From NCBI GenBank assembly GCA_041483195.1, contig JBGPFC010000010.1, forward strand, positions 39,448-103,447: 64,000 nt of DNA, given 5' to 3'. The notes below the pieces were generated by a model. It ran no database searches and was not told where the DNA came from. It worked only from the letters and a program-made list of their open reading frames with translations. The stretch comes from Candidatus Eiseniibacteriota bacterium (GTDB lineage: Bacteria; Eisenbacteria; RBG-16-71-46). Both the position numbers and the translations under genes were made by a program. This document shows, piece by piece, positions 1-8,540 of this stretch (position 1 is its first letter; the number at the start of each line of letters is the position of its first letter).

Positions 1-23
1 GCGAACGCGCGCGGGAGGCTGAC

Positions 24-827
24 ATGCCATCACGGATCGTGACCTTCACCTCCGACTTCGGACGACAGGACTGGTTCGTGGGAGTGGTGCACGGCGTCGT
101 GCACGACCTCGCCCCCGAGGCGCGGCTGGTGGATCTCACGCATGAGATTCCGCCGGGCGCGGTCGAGCGCGCGGCGTTCGTGATCGAGGCGGCGGCTCCC
201 GACTTCCCGCCCGGCACCGTCCACCTCGCGGTGGTCGACCCCGGCGTCGGCACGGCGCGGCGCGCGCTCGCGGTCCACGCCCACGATCAGTGGTTCGTCG
301 GCCCCGACAACGGCATCCTCGAGTGGGCGCTCGCCGACCCGCGAGCCGAAGCGCACGCGCTCACCGAGGCGAGATACTTCCGCGAGCCGGTGAGCCGCAC
401 GTTTCACGGCCGCGACGTCTTCGCCCCGGTCGCCGCGCACCTCGCGCGCGGTGTCGCGCTCGAGGCGCTCGGGCCCCGGATCGCCGATCCCGTGCGCCTG
501 CGCCGTCCGCCGCCGCGGGCGATCGACGGCGAGATCGAGGGCCGGATCATGTGGGTGGACCGCTTCGGCAACGCGCTCACCAGCATCACGGCCGACGCGA
601 TCGCCGCGGCGTTTCCGGGCGCGCGCGAGGAGGACGTCGAGGTGCGAGTGGGGCTGCTGCGCCTGCGCGGGGTGGCACGCTCGTATGGGGACGCGCCGGT
701 TGGCACGGCGATCGCGATCGTCGGCTCGAGCGGACGGCTCGAGATCGCGCAGGTCGGCGGGCACGCCGCCTCGCGCCTCGGGCTCGGCATCGGGGACACG
801 GTAGGGGTGACGCACCACGGCGCCTGA
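24..827 (+). CDS. SAM hydroxide adenosyltransferase (DUF62 / chlorinase-fluorinase superfamily)
   Basis: Motifs TFTSDFG, VHLAVVDPGVGT, VGPDNG, SRTFHGRDVFAPVAA and VDRFGN. Confidence 0.9.
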   Translation: MPSRIVTFTSDFGRQDWFVGVVHGVVHDLAPEARLVDLTHEIPPGAVERAAFVIEAAAPDFPPGTVHLAVVDPGVGTARRALAVHAHDQWFVGPDNGILEWALADPRAEAHALTEARYFREPVSRTFHGRDVFAPVAAHLARGVALEALGPRIADPVRLRRPPPRAIDGEIEGRIMWVDRFGNALTSITADAIAAAFPGAREEDVEVRVGLLRLRGVARSYGDAPVGTAIAIVGSSGRLEIAQVGGHAASRLGLGIGDTVGVTHHGA

Positions 828-832
828 GCTTG

Positions 833-883
833 ACGCGCGCGAAAGCCCCGGCCTCGCGTCGAGACCTGGGGCTTCGCGCGTGT
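833..883. terminator. GC-rich hairpin between convergent genes (putative bidirectional terminator)
   Basis: Arms acgcgcgcgaaagccccgg / cctggggcttcgcgcgtgt; no long U tract. Confidence 0.5.
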
Positions 884-892
884 GACGTGCAG

Positions 893-2509
893 TTACGGGT
901 GCGCTCGCTTCGGCGCGTCGAGCGCCTGCGACATGAGCTTGCTCGCGCGCGGGAACAGCTCGAGAGCGCTCTGCAGCTGGGTGTCGTCTTCGACCAGGAT
1001 GCGATAGCGCGCGAGCTGGCCGCTGGTGTCGAGGGCGAGCTCGGAGCGCACCTGCCGCATGATGAACGGACGGTCCGCGGTCCAGATCGAATCGGTGATC
1101 GTGACCTTGTGGCTCTCCATCGACTTGCGCAGCTCGGCCCAGTCGGCGTCGGACAGCTGGAAGTCCTTGTTGAAGGAGTCGGCCGTCCACTTCGCGTCCT
1201 TGTGACGCGCGACGTAGTGGGTCGCGAAGTCCACGATCGGGCGCTTCTGGAGCATCTCGACCTGCGGGTTGGTGAGCCGGTCGGGCTCCTTGAGGACCAC
1301 GTCCGGGTAGATGCCGCCGCCGCCGTACACCGTGCGGCCGCCCGCGGTCTTGAACTTGGGACGGGTCGCGAGCTCGGAATCGCTCGGCACGTCCTCGCGC
1401 ATCGCGTCCATCGCGTAGGCCTCGCGGTCCGAGAACTTCGTGTAGTCGCGCTGGATCAGCCGGCCGCTCGGCGTGTAGTAGTGCGCGATCGTGAGCAGCA
1501 GCTTCGAGCCGTCGGAGAGCCGGAGCTGATTCTGCACCAGCCCCTTCCCGAACGAATTCGTACCGGCCACGATGCCGCGGTCGAGATCCTGGATGGCGCC
1601 GGCCACGATCTCGGAGGCCGAGGCGCTGCCGTGATCGATCAGCACCACGGTCGGCATGTCGGCCAGCTTCGGCCGGTCGGTGCTCTTGTAGTCCATGTTC
1701 GCCGAAGGGGTCCGGCCGCGCGTGTACACCAGCAGCTTGTCGGACGGCACCAGCTGGTCGAGCACGTCCACCGCCTGCGAGAGCAATCCGCCCGAGTTCG
1801 AGCGCAGGTCCACCAGCAGCGATTTCATGCCCTGCGGGCGCAGCGTCGTGATCGCCTTCTCGAGCTCCTCGCCCGTGGTCTGCGCGAAGCGGTTGATTCG
1901 CACGTAGCCGATGCCGGACCGGATCATGTAGGCGTAAGGCACGCTCTCGATGGGGATCTTGGCGCGCTCGATCGTGAAGTGGAGCAGCTCGGCCTCGTCC
2001 TCGCGCGCGATCGAGACCTGAACGATGCTGCCGGTGGGCCCCTTCAGCAGGCGGAACACGTCGTTCTCGACGATCGATTTCGGCACCGGCTTGCCGTCGA
2101 CCTCGACGATGCGGTCGCCGGCGCGGATCCCGAGCCGGTGGGCGGGCGTGCCTTCGAGCGGCGAGATCACGGTGATCACGCCGTCGCGGATCTCGAATGC
2201 GACCCCGATCCCCGAGTACTCGCCCTGGAACTGCTCGTCCATCCGCTCCGCGCGCGCCTGGGGCATGTACACGGTGTGCGGATCGAGGGTCTTCAGCATG
2301 CCGTCGATCGCGCCGTGGATGAGCTTCTCGTTGTCCGGCACCTCGACGTAATGGTTCTGCACCAGGTAGAGCACCTGTGTGAAGAGGTCGAGCTGCGAGC
2401 GCAGGTCGTCGGTGGCCTGCAATCCCCGCGCGAGGCCGAAGCCCAGGAACAGTGAGAGCGCCATGGCCACCACGAGGGGGCCCAGCGAAGTGCGACGAAA
2501 GAACGCCAT
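893..2509 (-). CDS. ctpA: S41 family carboxyl-terminal processing protease (CtpA/Prc-like) with PDZ domain
   Basis: LDPHT, GIGV (PDZ), DLRSNSGG, SASASEIVAGAIQD and FGKGLVQ motifs; N-terminal signal/TM segment. Confidence 0.92.
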   Translation of the reverse strand: MAFFRRTSLGPLVVAMALSLFLGFGLARGLQATDDLRSQLDLFTQVLYLVQNHYVEVPDNEKLIHGAIDGMLKTLDPHTVYMPQARAERMDEQFQGEYSGIGVAFEIRDGVITVISPLEGTPAHRLGIRAGDRIVEVDGKPVPKSIVENDVFRLLKGPTGSIVQVSIAREDEAELLHFTIERAKIPIESVPYAYMIRSGIGYVRINRFAQTTGEELEKAITTLRPQGMKSLLVDLRSNSGGLLSQAVDVLDQLVPSDKLLVYTRGRTPSANMDYKSTDRPKLADMPTVVLIDHGSASASEIVAGAIQDLDRGIVAGTNSFGKGLVQNQLRLSDGSKLLLTIAHYYTPSGRLIQRDYTKFSDREAYAMDAMREDVPSDSELATRPKFKTAGGRTVYGGGGIYPDVVLKEPDRLTNPQVEMLQKRPIVDFATHYVARHKDAKWTADSFNKDFQLSDADWAELRKSMESHKVTITDSIWTADRPFIMRQVRSELALDTSGQLARYRILVEDDTQLQSALELFPRASKLMSQALDAPKRAHP

Positions 2510-2531
2510 GATGTCCCCGCGAGTTGAGGTT

Positions 2532-3707
2532 CTACGCCGCCGGAGCGCGAGCCTTGAGCCGGCTCAGGCGCTCCACGGCCGCTTCGAGTGTTTCACGACG
2601 GCGCGCGAAGTGAAAGCGGAGCCGCTGCCGTCCCGCAACCGGATCCGAGTAGAAACTCGAACCGGGCACCGCCGCCACGCCCACGCCCGAGACCAGGTCG
2701 CGCGCGAAGCTCACGTCGTCTGATGCGCCAAATCCCGAGATGTCGGTCATGACGTAGTAGGCACCCCGCGGCATGAACGTCCGGAAACCCGCGGCGGCGA
2801 GCGCGGGGACCAGATAATCGCGGCGTTTCCGGTAGTCGTCGGCGAGCTTCCCGTAGTAGCCCGGCGGCGATTCCAGCGCCACGGCCGCGGCCTCCTGCAG
2901 CGGCGCGGGCGCCCCCACGGTCAGGAAGTCGTGAACTTTGCGGATCGCAGCGCTGAGCGGCGGGGGAGCGAGACACCAGCCGATGCGCCAGCCCGTGACG
3001 CTGTAGGTCTTCGAGAGCCCGCTGATGGTCACGGTGCGCTCCCGCATGCCTTCGAGCGTCGCGAGCGAAACGTGCTCTGCGCCGTCGTAGAGAATGTGCT
3101 CGTAGATCTCGTCGGTGATCGCGACCACGTCCCACTTCCGGCACAACGCCGCGATGTGCGCGAGCTCCTCGCGGCTGAACACCTTTCCCGTGGGATTGTT
3201 CGGGGTGTTGATGACGATCGCCTTGGTGCGGTTGCTGAACGCGCGCTCCAGCTCGTTTTGGTCGTAGCCCCAGTCGGGCTCGCGCAGCCGGACGAAGCGC
3301 GGAGTCGCGCCGCAGAGGATGGCGTCGGGCCCGTAGTTCTCGTAGAACGGCTCGAACACGACGACCTCCTCCCCCGGATTGACCAGCGCGAGGAGGGTCG
3401 CGGCCATGCACTCGGTGGATCCGCAGCACACCGTGATCTCGGTCTCGGGATCGAACTCGAGGCGATTGGTCCGGCGCGTCTTCGCGACCAGCGCGTCGCG
3501 CAGCCGCTTCGCGCCCCAGGTGATGGCGTACTGATTGACGTCGGCGCGCACCGCCCTCGCCGCCTCGTCCTTGAGCGTGTCCGGGGCGGGAAAATCGGGA
3601 AAGCCCTGCGCGAGATTGACGCCATGGTGCTGCTGGCACAGCCGGGTCATCTCGCGAATCACCGACTCGGTGAACAGCGTGCTGCGCAGCGAGACGAGGG
3701 ATCGCAT
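2532..3707 (-). CDS. PLP-dependent aminotransferase class I/II (YbdL/kynurenine aminotransferase-like)
   Basis: NLAQGFPDF, NTPNNPTGK, DEIYEH and SKTYSVTGWRIG motifs; start trimmed to ATG at 3707. Confidence 0.9.
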   Translation of the reverse strand: MRSLVSLRSTLFTESVIREMTRLCQQHHGVNLAQGFPDFPAPDTLKDEAARAVRADVNQYAITWGAKRLRDALVAKTRRTNRLEFDPETEITVCCGSTECMAATLLALVNPGEEVVVFEPFYENYGPDAILCGATPRFVRLREPDWGYDQNELERAFSNRTKAIVINTPNNPTGKVFSREELAHIAALCRKWDVVAITDEIYEHILYDGAEHVSLATLEGMRERTVTISGLSKTYSVTGWRIGWCLAPPPLSAAIRKVHDFLTVGAPAPLQEAAAVALESPPGYYGKLADDYRKRRDYLVPALAAAGFRTFMPRGAYYVMTDISGFGASDDVSFARDLVSGVGVAAVPGSSFYSDPVAGRQRLRFHFARRRETLEAAVERLSRLKARAPAA

Positions 3708-3810
3708 GTGACCGTCAAGTGTACCCGCGCGCCCCCCCTCGCCCAACATGCGATTTGCACGATCGCCGAGCAAGCCGCGACGAGCGCGGGGGGCGGGCGG
3801 CGGGAAGAGG

Positions 3811-4028
3811 GCGGCGGGCGGCGTGACATGCTGCGGCCGTTCGGACGGAGGTCGGGGGCGGCGGGCGGCGAGACATGCGCGGCGTGCGGGGTGCGGTGGG
3901 AGACATGCGGCGGCGACTCGGAGCCTCGCGGGAGCCAGGGATGGCGGAGCGAGGCTTCGCGTCAGTGAGGACTCGCAGGATGCGAGTCCGAACGGCCGCC
4001 GCATGTCTCCCACCGCGCCCCGCACGCC
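3811..4028. repeat. Palindromic MITE/REP-like element with a 34-bp inverted repeat and inner hairpins, plus degenerate partial copies upstream
   Basis: 3881-3914 is the reverse complement of 3995-4028 (33/34 match). Inner hairpins ggagcctcgc/gcgaggcttc and ggactcgca-gga-tgcgagtcc. A gacatgc core occurs three times. Confidence 0.7.
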
Positions 4029-4087
4029 CCCCGGACCCTCGCTCCAATGTTTGACTTCGCATCCACCCTCCCCCAACTTCCAGCGCC

Positions 4088-5509
4088 ATGGACGCACAGC
4101 GCGGCGTCGCGCGCCGCATGGTGATCGGCTTGCCGCGCGAGGGCCTCTTCCCCGCATGGGAACGCGACTTCGCATCGTATCCGCCCGCCGGAGTCATCCT
4201 CTTCGCGCGCGACTTCGCCGATCTCGACGCGTTGCGGCGGCTCACCGCGCGGCTGCGCGAGCTCGCGCGCCCGCGGCGCATCTTCATCGCGATCGACGAG
4301 GAGGGCGGCTTCGTCTCGCAACTCGCGGGGCATCTGATCGTGCCTCCCTCCGCCGCGCTGCTCGCGCGCGGGGCCGAGCCCGGCGAGATCGAGTGGGTGC
4401 ACCGCGTGACCGCGCTCCGCATGCGCGCGCTCGGGCTCGACTGGGCGTTCGCCCCGGTCGCGGACGTGCACTCGGAGCCTCTCAATCCCGTGATCGGGCC
4501 ACGCGCGTTCGGCGCGGACCCCGACGCCGTGGCGCGCTGCGTCGGCGAGGCGTTGCGCGGCCTGCGGGCGGGCGGCGTGGCCTCGTGCCTCAAGCACTTC
4601 CCCGGTCACGGCGACACCAGCGTCGATTCGCATCTGGCGCTGCCGGTCTGCCGCGCGGACGCCCGCCTGCTCGAGCGCCGCGAGCTCGCGCCGTTCCGCG
4701 CGCACCCGGACGCCGACGCGATCATGACCGCTCACGTCGTGTACCCCGCGCTCGACCCGGAGCGCCCGGCGACGTTCTCGAAGGCGATCACCTTCGACCT
4801 GCTCCGCGAGCGGCTGGGCTTTCGGGGGGTGAGCATCACCGATGCGCTCGAGATGAAGGGCGCCGCCGCCGGGCGCGAGCCGCTCGAGATCGCGGAGCTG
4901 GCGCTCGAGGCGGGATGCGACCTGCTGCTGTTCGCGTTTCACGACGAGGAGGTGCGACGCGTGCGGCTCGGTCTCGCACGCGCGGTGCTGGACGGGCGCA
5001 TCGACCGCGCGCGATTCGACGCGGCCCGGCCGCGGCTCGCGGCGTTCGACCGCGCGCACCCGGAACCCGACGCCGGCTCGCTCGCCGCCCCGCTCGCCAC
5101 CCTCACGCCTCCGGAGTGGGAGGCGCGCCTCGAGCGCATCGTCGAGCGCGGGCTGGAGCTGAGGGGCGAGTGGCCGGCCATCGCGCGGTCCGGCCCCTGG
5201 CGCGTGACGGAGCCCGAGAGCGGTTCCACGTCGACCCTGCGCGCGGCGCTCTCGTCGCTCGGGGTCGCCGTCGTCGAGGACGGCGCGGCCGCCGAGGTGA
5301 TCGCGATCGCGACCCGCGTGCCGCTCGGCGCGGCGGAGATCGATGGCCTGCGCGCCCGCTGTCGCGCGCGCCCTTGCGCGCTCGTCGCGCTGCAGGCCGG
5401 CGCGTTTCTCGAAGCGCTGCCCGAGGCCGCGCTGCGCGTCGCGGCGTCCGACGCCACGCCGCTCACCCGCCGCGTGGTCGCACGCGCGCTGGCCTCGCGC
5501 CCGGCCTGA
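4088..5509 (+). CDS. nagZ: GH3 beta-N-acetylhexosaminidase (NagZ-like)
   Basis: IDEEGG, FAPVADV, KHFPGHG, IMTAHV and ITDALEM motifs. Confidence 0.88.
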   Translation: MDAQRGVARRMVIGLPREGLFPAWERDFASYPPAGVILFARDFADLDALRRLTARLRELARPRRIFIAIDEEGGFVSQLAGHLIVPPSAALLARGAEPGEIEWVHRVTALRMRALGLDWAFAPVADVHSEPLNPVIGPRAFGADPDAVARCVGEALRGLRAGGVASCLKHFPGHGDTSVDSHLALPVCRADARLLERRELAPFRAHPDADAIMTAHVVYPALDPERPATFSKAITFDLLRERLGFRGVSITDALEMKGAAAGREPLEIAELALEAGCDLLLFAFHDEEVRRVRLGLARAVLDGRIDRARFDAARPRLAAFDRAHPEPDAGSLAAPLATLTPPEWEARLERIVERGLELRGEWPAIARSGPWRVTEPESGSTSTLRAALSSLGVAVVEDGAAAEVIAIATRVPLGAAEIDGLRARCRARPCALVALQAGAFLEALPEAALRVAASDATPLTRRVVARALASRPA

Positions 5510-5572
5510 GCGCCGCGCCGGGCGAACGACAACGGTGACTGGCGCGGGGTCCGGGCCGCCCTGCGTTTCGCC

Positions 5573-6808
5573 TCAGTACGAGAAGTGGAATTGGAGATAC
5601 ATCTGATTCTCGTTGTCCACCTTCTTGCTGCTCACGAACGAGAACTGGTCCGCCTTGTAGTCGACGTGCCGCAGCGTCCAGCGCAGCTCGCCGAACGGGA
5701 CCGGCACCACTTCCCCTTCGAGCGCGTAGCGTGAGTAGGTGTTGTTGTCGCGAACCGACTGGCGGCTGTTGCGGTCGAGCACCAGGTAGTCGTAGCGCAC
5801 GCGCACGTTGACCGTGCGGCGCGGTGCGTAGTCGAGCTCACCGAAATACGCGAGCTTGTTGATCTTCGAGCCGAACGGCGGAATCGGCACCTCGCGTTCG
5901 TCGGTGCCCGCCCCGATCTCGCCCAGCACGGAGAACGGCCCGCGATGGGTCATGCCGTAGTAGCCCCAGCGCGTCGCGCGGCGGAGCGACGAGGTTTCCT
6001 TGCGATAGTCGTCGTAGAGCGAGATCGCGCCCTGGTAGTAGGCCGCGTTGTAGCCGAGCTTCAAGGTCTTGGCCTCCGCGAACGTGTTCCCGGAAACGCC
6101 GAACGGATCGGACGCGCCGTTGGTGTAGGCCATGCGCCCGAAGAACGGGCCGCGGGATCCGCCCAGCTCGATTCCCTGATCCGGATTGCGAGGATCGAAC
6201 GGGAGGAACGACCGCTGGTTCAGGAAGTCGAGGAAGCCGTTGCGAGTCGCGACCGTGTGGTCGTCCATCCGCAGCCCGTAGGGCGTGCGAAAGCGCCCCG
6301 CCTTGAGGTAACCGTCGAGCGGGAACCCGCCGATCATGCCCCATGCGTCCTTGGGCTGCGCGGGGTTCCCGGCGATCACGTTGAGCTCGGTCGTGTAGAC
6401 GAGCGTCAGACGCGGATGCGGCTGGAACGCGATGTGGAGCGAATTCTCCATGTTGAAGAAGCCGAAGCGGTCGAGCGAGTCCTTCAGCACCTGCGCGTTG
6501 GCGAGCACCATGAAGCGCTGATTGACCCCGAGGTAGACCGGCATGTTCTCGCCGATTCGATTGGTGAGCGCGAGCTCGTGGAACGGACTCTTCTCGCCCT
6601 CGGGCTCGAGCGCATGGCGGTTCTTCGCGAACGCGAAGCCAAACTCGTTGCGCGGTCCGCCGCCGTTCGGATCGAAGTGGCAGGTCTGGCACATGAAGCC
6701 GTTGCGCGCGGCGTACTGCGGCACGCTCCGCGCGCGGCGCGGCAGGACGAGCACGGTGAGCGACGCGAGCAGCAACACGACGGGAATCGCGCGAAATCCG
6801 AGACGCAT
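5573..6808 (-). CDS. Exported monoheme cytochrome c / beta-barrel fusion (Cyc2-like architecture)
   Basis: GGAGGAG RBS before ATG 6808; signal peptide; VPQYAARNGFMCQTCH...RNEFG; alternating aromatic beta-strands; C-terminus YLQFHFSY. Confidence 0.7.
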   Translation of the reverse strand: MRLGFRAIPVVLLLASLTVLVLPRRARSVPQYAARNGFMCQTCHFDPNGGGPRNEFGFAFAKNRHALEPEGEKSPFHELALTNRIGENMPVYLGVNQRFMVLANAQVLKDSLDRFGFFNMENSLHIAFQPHPRLTLVYTTELNVIAGNPAQPKDAWGMIGGFPLDGYLKAGRFRTPYGLRMDDHTVATRNGFLDFLNQRSFLPFDPRNPDQGIELGGSRGPFFGRMAYTNGASDPFGVSGNTFAEAKTLKLGYNAAYYQGAISLYDDYRKETSSLRRATRWGYYGMTHRGPFSVLGEIGAGTDEREVPIPPFGSKINKLAYFGELDYAPRRTVNVRVRYDYLVLDRNSRQSVRDNNTYSRYALEGEVVPVPFGELRWTLRHVDYKADQFSFVSSKKVDNENQMYLQFHFSY

Positions 6809-6866
6809 GGGCTCCTCCAAGGGTGCGACGCGGCCCGACTCCCCGGTCGCGGAACGCGCGCGACGC

Positions 6867-8540
6867 CTAGCCGCGCGCGCGAGGAGCAGTTCTGGGGCGC
6901 GCGCGCGCCGTGGAGTGGCGCGCGCGCGCGGTGCGACCGTACCCACCGCCGCCGGGGCTCGCGACCGTTATCACCGCGCCCGCTTCGAGGTCAATCTGGA
7001 ACTTGCCGGGCATCACGATCGGGCGTGTGCGAGTTAAGCGATACCGAACCCCGCGCCGCCGCTCGCGCGCGGGAGGCGCCTCGACGAGGTTCACTCCGGC
7101 CGATCCGGGCGCTCCGCCCTTCAGCCCGTAGGGCCCGCGCGTCCGCCGATCGGAGATCACGGTGACGCGCGCCGGAGCGAGCAGCTCGAGCTCGCGCACG
7201 ATGCCGTCGCCGCCGCGCCAGCGCCCGCGGCCGCCGCTGCCCCCGCGCACGCGCGTCGCCCGCATCCGCAGCGGATACGCGTGCTCGAGGGACTCGATCG
7301 GCGTGTTGCGCGTGTTCGTCATGTGCGCCTGCATCGCGCTCGCGCCATCCCAGCCCGGGCCAGCTCCGTGCCCGCCACCCAGCGTCTCGTAGTACGCGAA
7401 CGGCGAGCCTCCCCGCGGATCGACCCCGCCGATCAGGAGGTTGTTCATCGTGCCGCTGCTGGCCGCCGGCACTCGATCCGGGCACGCGCGCGCAAACGCG
7501 CCCAGCACCGCGTCCACGATGCGTTGCGAGGTCTCGACGTTGCCGGCACTCACCGCGGCCGGGAGCCGCGCGTTCACGATGCTGCCCGCCGGAGCGAGCA
7601 CCTCGATCGGACGGAACGCGCCGTGATTCACCGGAAAGTCCCCGCCCAGCACGCAGCGCACCGCGTAGTAGGTGGCGGCCCGGGTCACCGGCTCGACCGC
7701 GTTGACCGGCCCCCGCGCCTGCGGGCTCGATCCGGCGAAATCGACGCACGCGCGTGGACCGTCGAGGCTCAGCGTCACCGCGATGGTCTGGGGTCCGCTC
7801 CCGAGGCCGTCGTCGTCGAGCGCGTCGCGGAAGCGGTAGACGCCCCGCGGCAACGCCCGCAACGCGGCGCGCACGCAGCGTTCGGCGTGCGCGATCAGCG
7901 CCGTGGCCGCGCGCGTAAGCGCTCCGCGGCCGCGCGAGCGCGCGAGCGCTCCGAGCCGCCGGGCGCCGGTCGCCTGCGCGCCGAGTTGGGCGGCGAGATC
8001 CGCGCCGCGCTCGTCGGGCGTGCGCACGTTGGCGAGCAGCAGCGCCAGCACGTCGCCCACGATGCGCCCCTCGCGCGCGAGGAACACCGGCGGCAGTCGC
8101 AGGCCCTCCTCGTAGATCTCGCGCGCGAGCGGCATCGAGCCGGGCGCCGCCCCGCCGATGTCCGCGTGGTGCGCGCGGCTCGCGACGAAGAACTCCGGCC
8201 GCCGCGCCCCGGCGAGAAACACCGGCGACACCAGCGTGACATCCGGCAGATGGGTGCCGCCCGCGAACGGATCGTTGAGCGCCACGGTGTCGCCGGGACG
8301 GAACGGCGCTCTCGCCAGCGCGGCCTCGACCGCGCGCGGCATGCTGCCGAGGTGCACCGGAATGTGCGCGGCCTGTGCGACCAGCCGCCCGGCCGCGTCG
8401 AACACGGCGCACGAGTAGTCGAGCCGCTCCTTGATGTTGGGTGAGTACGCGGTCCGCATCAGGGTCGCGCCCATCTCCTCGGCGCAGGCCGCGAACAGTC
8501 CCTGGTCGAGCGCGAGCGCGACCCCGTCGAATCGCGTCAT
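6867..8540 (-). CDS. Hydantoinase B / 5-oxoprolinase subunit
   Basis: AYSPNIKERLDYSCA, HIPVHLGSM, NDPFAGGTHLPD, HHADIGG and HMTNTRNTPIE motifs; ATGA overlap with the upstream gene. Confidence 0.92.
   Translation of the reverse strand: MTRFDGVALALDQGLFAACAEEMGATLMRTAYSPNIKERLDYSCAVFDAAGRLVAQAAHIPVHLGSMPRAVEAALARAPFRPGDTVALNDPFAGGTHLPDVTLVSPVFLAGARRPEFFVASRAHHADIGGAAPGSMPLAREIYEEGLRLPPVFLAREGRIVGDVLALLLANVRTPDERGADLAAQLGAQATGARRLGALARSRGRGALTRAATALIAHAERCVRAALRALPRGVYRFRDALDDDGLGSGPQTIAVTLSLDGPRACVDFAGSSPQARGPVNAVEPVTRAATYYAVRCVLGGDFPVNHGAFRPIEVLAPAGSIVNARLPAAVSAGNVETSQRIVDAVLGAFARACPDRVPAASSGTMNNLLIGGVDPRGGSPFAYYETLGGGHGAGPGWDGASAMQAHMTNTRNTPIESLEHAYPLRMRATRVRGGSGGRGRWRGGDGIVRELELLAPARVTVISDRRTRGPYGLKGGAPGSAGVNLVEAPPARERRRGVRYRLTRTRPIVMPGKFQIDLEAGAVITVASPGGGGYGRTARARHSTARARPRTAPRARG

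Noticed and set aside
24..827. Halogenase (fluorinase/chlorinase) activity
   Set aside because: The SRTFHGRD motif is typical of the widespread DUF62 SAM hydrolases, and there is no biosynthetic context
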